Below are positions 61,839 through 64,000 of a stretch of 64,000 bases of DNA, piece after piece (position 1 is the first letter of the stretch; each line of letters starts with the position of its first letter). Location: NCBI GenBank assembly GCA_905234835.1, contig CAJOIZ010000006.1, positions 10,345 to 74,344 on the forward strand, given 5' to 3'. This DNA comes from Paludibacteraceae bacterium. Lineage in GTDB: Bacteria > Bacteroidota > Bacteroidia > Bacteroidales > Paludibacteraceae. A program made the position numbers and the translations under genes. Below the pieces are notes generated by a model. The model worked only from the letters and a program-made list of their open reading frames with translations. It searched no databases and had not been told where the DNA came from.

Positions 61839-62412
61839 TCACAAAGGAAAGGTAAAAATAACATGAAAGCATAAATTTGCAACCATAAACTCTCAACTCT
61901 CCAACTTCACTCAACTTTCAACTATAAACTCCTAAACCTAAAATAACCATAAACCATTAATTTCTCTTCTTTTTCCCTTTTACTCTTGTAGGTTTGAGTA
62001 TTTTTTTGTTCCTTTGCGGTCCAAAACGGGTGCATAGGCGCAGCGGCGCAGACCGTACGGAGCACCTGTTACATATTATACAGGCGTTTATTGACGCTTT
62101 GTTATTGACGGACTGAAAGCTTCGCAACCTTTTTTTGACAAGTCAGAAACAAAGTAAGCAATAGATGCCTACGGGTATGACAGTTCTCCCCGCCCTGCCG
62201 TTTCTTTGGCGGGCGGGTGGTCATATCGGCGTAGGTTTCATTGTTGTTTATTTGACTTGTCGGCATTGCGAAGGCCTCAGTTCGTGAGTAAGCAACGAAT
62301 GGGGTCTGCGCTTTTCGTATGCAAAAAGGACCAACAAGAACCACGCGTATATCCGCGAAAAGCATGACCTTTGCCGCCGGAAAACATATTAACAACCTAA
62401 AACTATATCATT

Positions 62413-62781
62413 ATGGGACTTCTCAACAACCTGAAAGACCACTTCACGAACGCGGAGTTCGCAGTGGCACCGAACAAGAAAGTGAAAACCGTATGCGCCG
62501 ACTTCAAGAAAGCCTTCGGCGTGACACTCTGCATCTACAAGGGCAACCAACTCGCCGACCCGGAGATGACGCTCGCCGCGCTCAACAAACGCACCACCAA
62601 GGATGTCAAGACACAAGGGACGGGCGAACTGAAAATCAAGGCCTCCATGAAAGTGGGCGAAGCGGAGAAACTGTTCGACCAAGCCTTTGGTCTGACCGTC
62701 CAAATCAAAGACCCGAAAGGCAAAGAGTGCGTGGACAACAAACTGACCATCGGCCAGGCAGCCCGTGGCGAAAGCAAATAA
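62413..62781 (+). CDS. hypothetical 122-aa protein with an internal two-fold repeat
   Basis: ATG start. The two halves share the pattern 'F..AFG.T..I......D..T...' ('FKKAFGVTLCIYKG' and 'FDQAFGLTVQIKDP'). This frame is preferred over the overlapping Arg-rich 170-aa frame. Confidence 0.55.
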   Translation: MGLLNNLKDHFTNAEFAVAPNKKVKTVCADFKKAFGVTLCIYKGNQLADPEMTLAALNKRTTKDVKTQGTGELKIKASMKVGEAEKLFDQAFGLTVQIKDPKGKECVDNKLTIGQAARGESK

Positions 62782-62793
62782 CACGCAGTAACT

Positions 62794-62831
62794 ACATGAA
62801 AGTCCGGTGGACTTTTATGGTTGCGGACTAA
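62794..62831 (+). other. conserved 38-nt hairpin element, copy 2 (acatgaaaGTCCggtGGACttttatggttgcggactaa)
   Basis: It starts 13 nt after the stop of the 122-aa gene. Relative to copy 1, the stem carries a compensatory C-G to T-A change. Confidence 0.7.
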
Positions 62832-62852
62832 GGCGAAGATGGCTAACGTCGC

Positions 62853-62910
62853 CAACACGCAGTAATTAACACGCAGTCACCAACAGCGCAGCTGAACAAC
62901 ACGCAGTTAC
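62853..62910. repeat. tandem ~14-nt array of the (c/t)aacacgcagt word family, 4 units
   Basis: Counted by hand. Confidence 0.85.
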
Positions 62911-62936
62911 AAACATTCACTAAAAAAACTACAACT

Positions 62937-63896
62937 ATGGCAAGCAAAGTAAGAGTCAATGCCAAGTCCCAGAAGTGGGCGGCATTAGGAGTTATTGACG
63001 CGTACATGAAAATGTACCCCCATGCGACACTGGATGACCTGAACAAGGCGTTCCCGCGCAGTATTTTCACAGAGTCCGATCCCAATCTGCCTCTTCTGGT
63101 CACATTGGAGGAAAAGGAGAGAATGGCGGCAGCCACCAAAACGACCTTTGATGACGACCAGCTGGTGGAATGGAAGAACACCCATTACTATCTGACAACG
63201 AATGACGGGAAAGACATTGCCTTCACTGTTTCGATGTGGACAAAGGAGATGTTCGAGAAGATGCTTTCGCAGGCTAAGTTGTACGACATCGAGTTTGCCA
63301 AATACGAGGCTGCTGAGAAGGGCTTCGGCAAGCGCGGTGAGTATAGCCTGGAGTACCTCAACGGCTATGTTCCGCCCGTACCTACCAAAAAGAAGAACTG
63401 GTTGTGGATCCTGATTGCCGCTCTGCTGCTGATCATCATTATCATCCTCTTGCTGATGAAGGGTTGCAACAAACCTGAACCGCAAATAGTTGAAAAGGTG
63501 GTAGAGGTAGAGAAGGTAGTTGTTGTTCACGATACCCTGTATATCAAAGAGATTGAGGAGATTGAGAAGAACTTCAACGCCGCCGAGTTCATCAAAGGCA
63601 AGGCCGACCTTTCCGAGAGCGCCAAGTTCGTGCTTCACGACCTCGCCAAGGTGATGCAGAAGAACCCGCAGGTGCGTCTGCGTCTGGAAGGTCACACATC
63701 CGCCGAAGGCGATGCCGCCTTCAATCAGAGACTCAGCGAACAGCGCGCACAAGCCGCCGTTGATTTCATGGTTCAGCACGAAGGCATAGACGCTTCCCGT
63801 CTTGAAGCTGTGGGCAAAGGATCGTCCGAACCCAAGAACGCCGCCGACCCCACCGCCCCCGAAAACCGCAGAACGGAATTCATTGTTCTGGAATGA
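62937..63896 (+). CDS. OmpA/MotB-domain protein with a cytoplasmic N-terminal domain and a single TM segment
   Basis: TM segment 'NWLWILIAALLLIIIIILLLM'. The C-terminal region 'VRLRLEGHTSAEGDAAFNQRLSEQRAQAAVDFMV...NRRTEFIV' is the OmpA-like peptidoglycan-binding signature. Confidence 0.8.
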   Translation: MASKVRVNAKSQKWAALGVIDAYMKMYPHATLDDLNKAFPRSIFTESDPNLPLLVTLEEKERMAAATKTTFDDDQLVEWKNTHYYLTTNDGKDIAFTVSMWTKEMFEKMLSQAKLYDIEFAKYEAAEKGFGKRGEYSLEYLNGYVPPVPTKKKNWLWILIAALLLIIIIILLLMKGCNKPEPQIVEKVVEVEKVVVVHDTLYIKEIEEIEKNFNAAEFIKGKADLSESAKFVLHDLAKVMQKNPQVRLRLEGHTSAEGDAAFNQRLSEQRAQAAVDFMVQHEGIDASRLEAVGKGSSEPKNAADPTAPENRRTEFIVLE

Positions 63897-63933
63897 CCAA
63901 TTGATTTATTAACCGCTTAATTTTTGTTCAATT

Positions 63934-64000
63934 ATGGCATGTGTTAAACGAACCGCCGATGGTACGGTGGACAAGAGAACCAAAGAGGGCAAAGCTATTT
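63934..64000 (+). CDS. start of an unidentified ORF running off the window (MACVKRTADGTVDKRTKEGKAI...)
   Basis: The frame is open from the ATG at 63934 to the window end. It is too short to evaluate. Confidence 0.25.
   Translation, partial: MACVKRTADGTVDKRTKEGKAI

Noticed and set aside
61572-61866. Two overlapping ORFs of 79 and 92 aa across the hairpin series.
   Set aside because: They overlap each other in different frames, are Cys/Phe/Ser/Leu-rich, begin inside a terminator-like hairpin, and their sequence is dictated by palindromes. A non-coding interpretation is preferred.
62796-62812. 'GAAAGTCCGG', which resembles the conserved P4 region of bacterial RNase P RNA (also at 61439-61450 as GAAAGCCCGG).
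   Set aside because: The motif is only the left arm of a 7-bp hairpin. None of the other universally conserved RNase P segments is nearby, and there is not enough non-coding space (about 150 nt before the next gene).
62319-62831. A 170-aa Arg/Thr/Gln-rich ORF overlapping the 122-aa gene in another frame.
   Set aside because: The 122-aa frame has balanced composition, an internal two-fold repeat and an ATG start. The 170-aa frame is low-complexity and runs through the downstream hairpin element.
1-64000. A search for tRNA, rRNA, tmRNA, SRP RNA, transposase, integrase or prophage genes.
   Set aside because: The intergenic regions contain no T-loop-like GGTTCGAAT motif or cloverleaf candidate. 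No ORF has DDE/transposase, tyrosine/serine recombinase or phage structural signatures. None is reported.

Overview
This window looks like a chromosomal segment from a Bacteroidales genome, probably Prevotellaceae-like. The evidence is TAnnTTTG -7 promoter boxes, a GT3 eukaryote-type glycogen synthase, a DUF2723 protein, BspA-type LRR proteins and Listeria-Bacteroides repeat proteins. I recognise about 50 protein-coding genes and no rRNA, tRNA, CRISPR array, transposase or integrase.

The housekeeping backbone is miaA, pheT, prfC, nadC, pepP, argS, an ftsE-like gene, a recQ-family gene, rpsA, prmC and recX. Accessory blocks interrupt it:
1. A low-GC insertion at about 12.7-16.6 kb. It carries a translationally coupled SpoIIAB-like GHKL ATPase and STAS-like protein with no sigma factor nearby, a gene broken at an A8 tract, a small BspA-like LRR protein, and an AlbA_2-type gene remnant.
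2. A RelE/HigB-like toxin-antitoxin pair followed by an AAA-ATPase/PD-(D/E)xK (DUF4143-type) gene at 21.1-23.3 kb. A paralogous ATPase lies at 40.7-42.2 kb. Each ATPase is preceded by its own direct-repeat array.
3. A 2.4-kaa modular LRR / Listeria-Bacteroides-repeat surface protein at 29.1-36.4 kb.
4. A 15-kb, 13-gene glycan locus at 45.8-60.9 kb. It has two uronic-acid-forming dehydrogenases, tandem paralogous flippase-like genes, an EpsG-type polymerase, glycosyltransferases, a FemAB-like gene, a PglC/E/F-like trio and a WecA-like gene.

The least explained signal is non-coding. Almost every long intergenic spacer is built from short tandem arrays, many with an exact 11-nt period, and the same repeat words recur at distant loci in both orientations. 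A TTGATAG heptamer array closes all three reading frames and supplies the C-terminal residues and stop codon of two genes. The 60.9-62.9 kb region holds four abutting arrays, a roughly 35-nt-periodic series of short hairpins, and a duplicated hairpin element with a compensatory base-pair change.

All functional calls come from motif recognition by eye. No database search was run.
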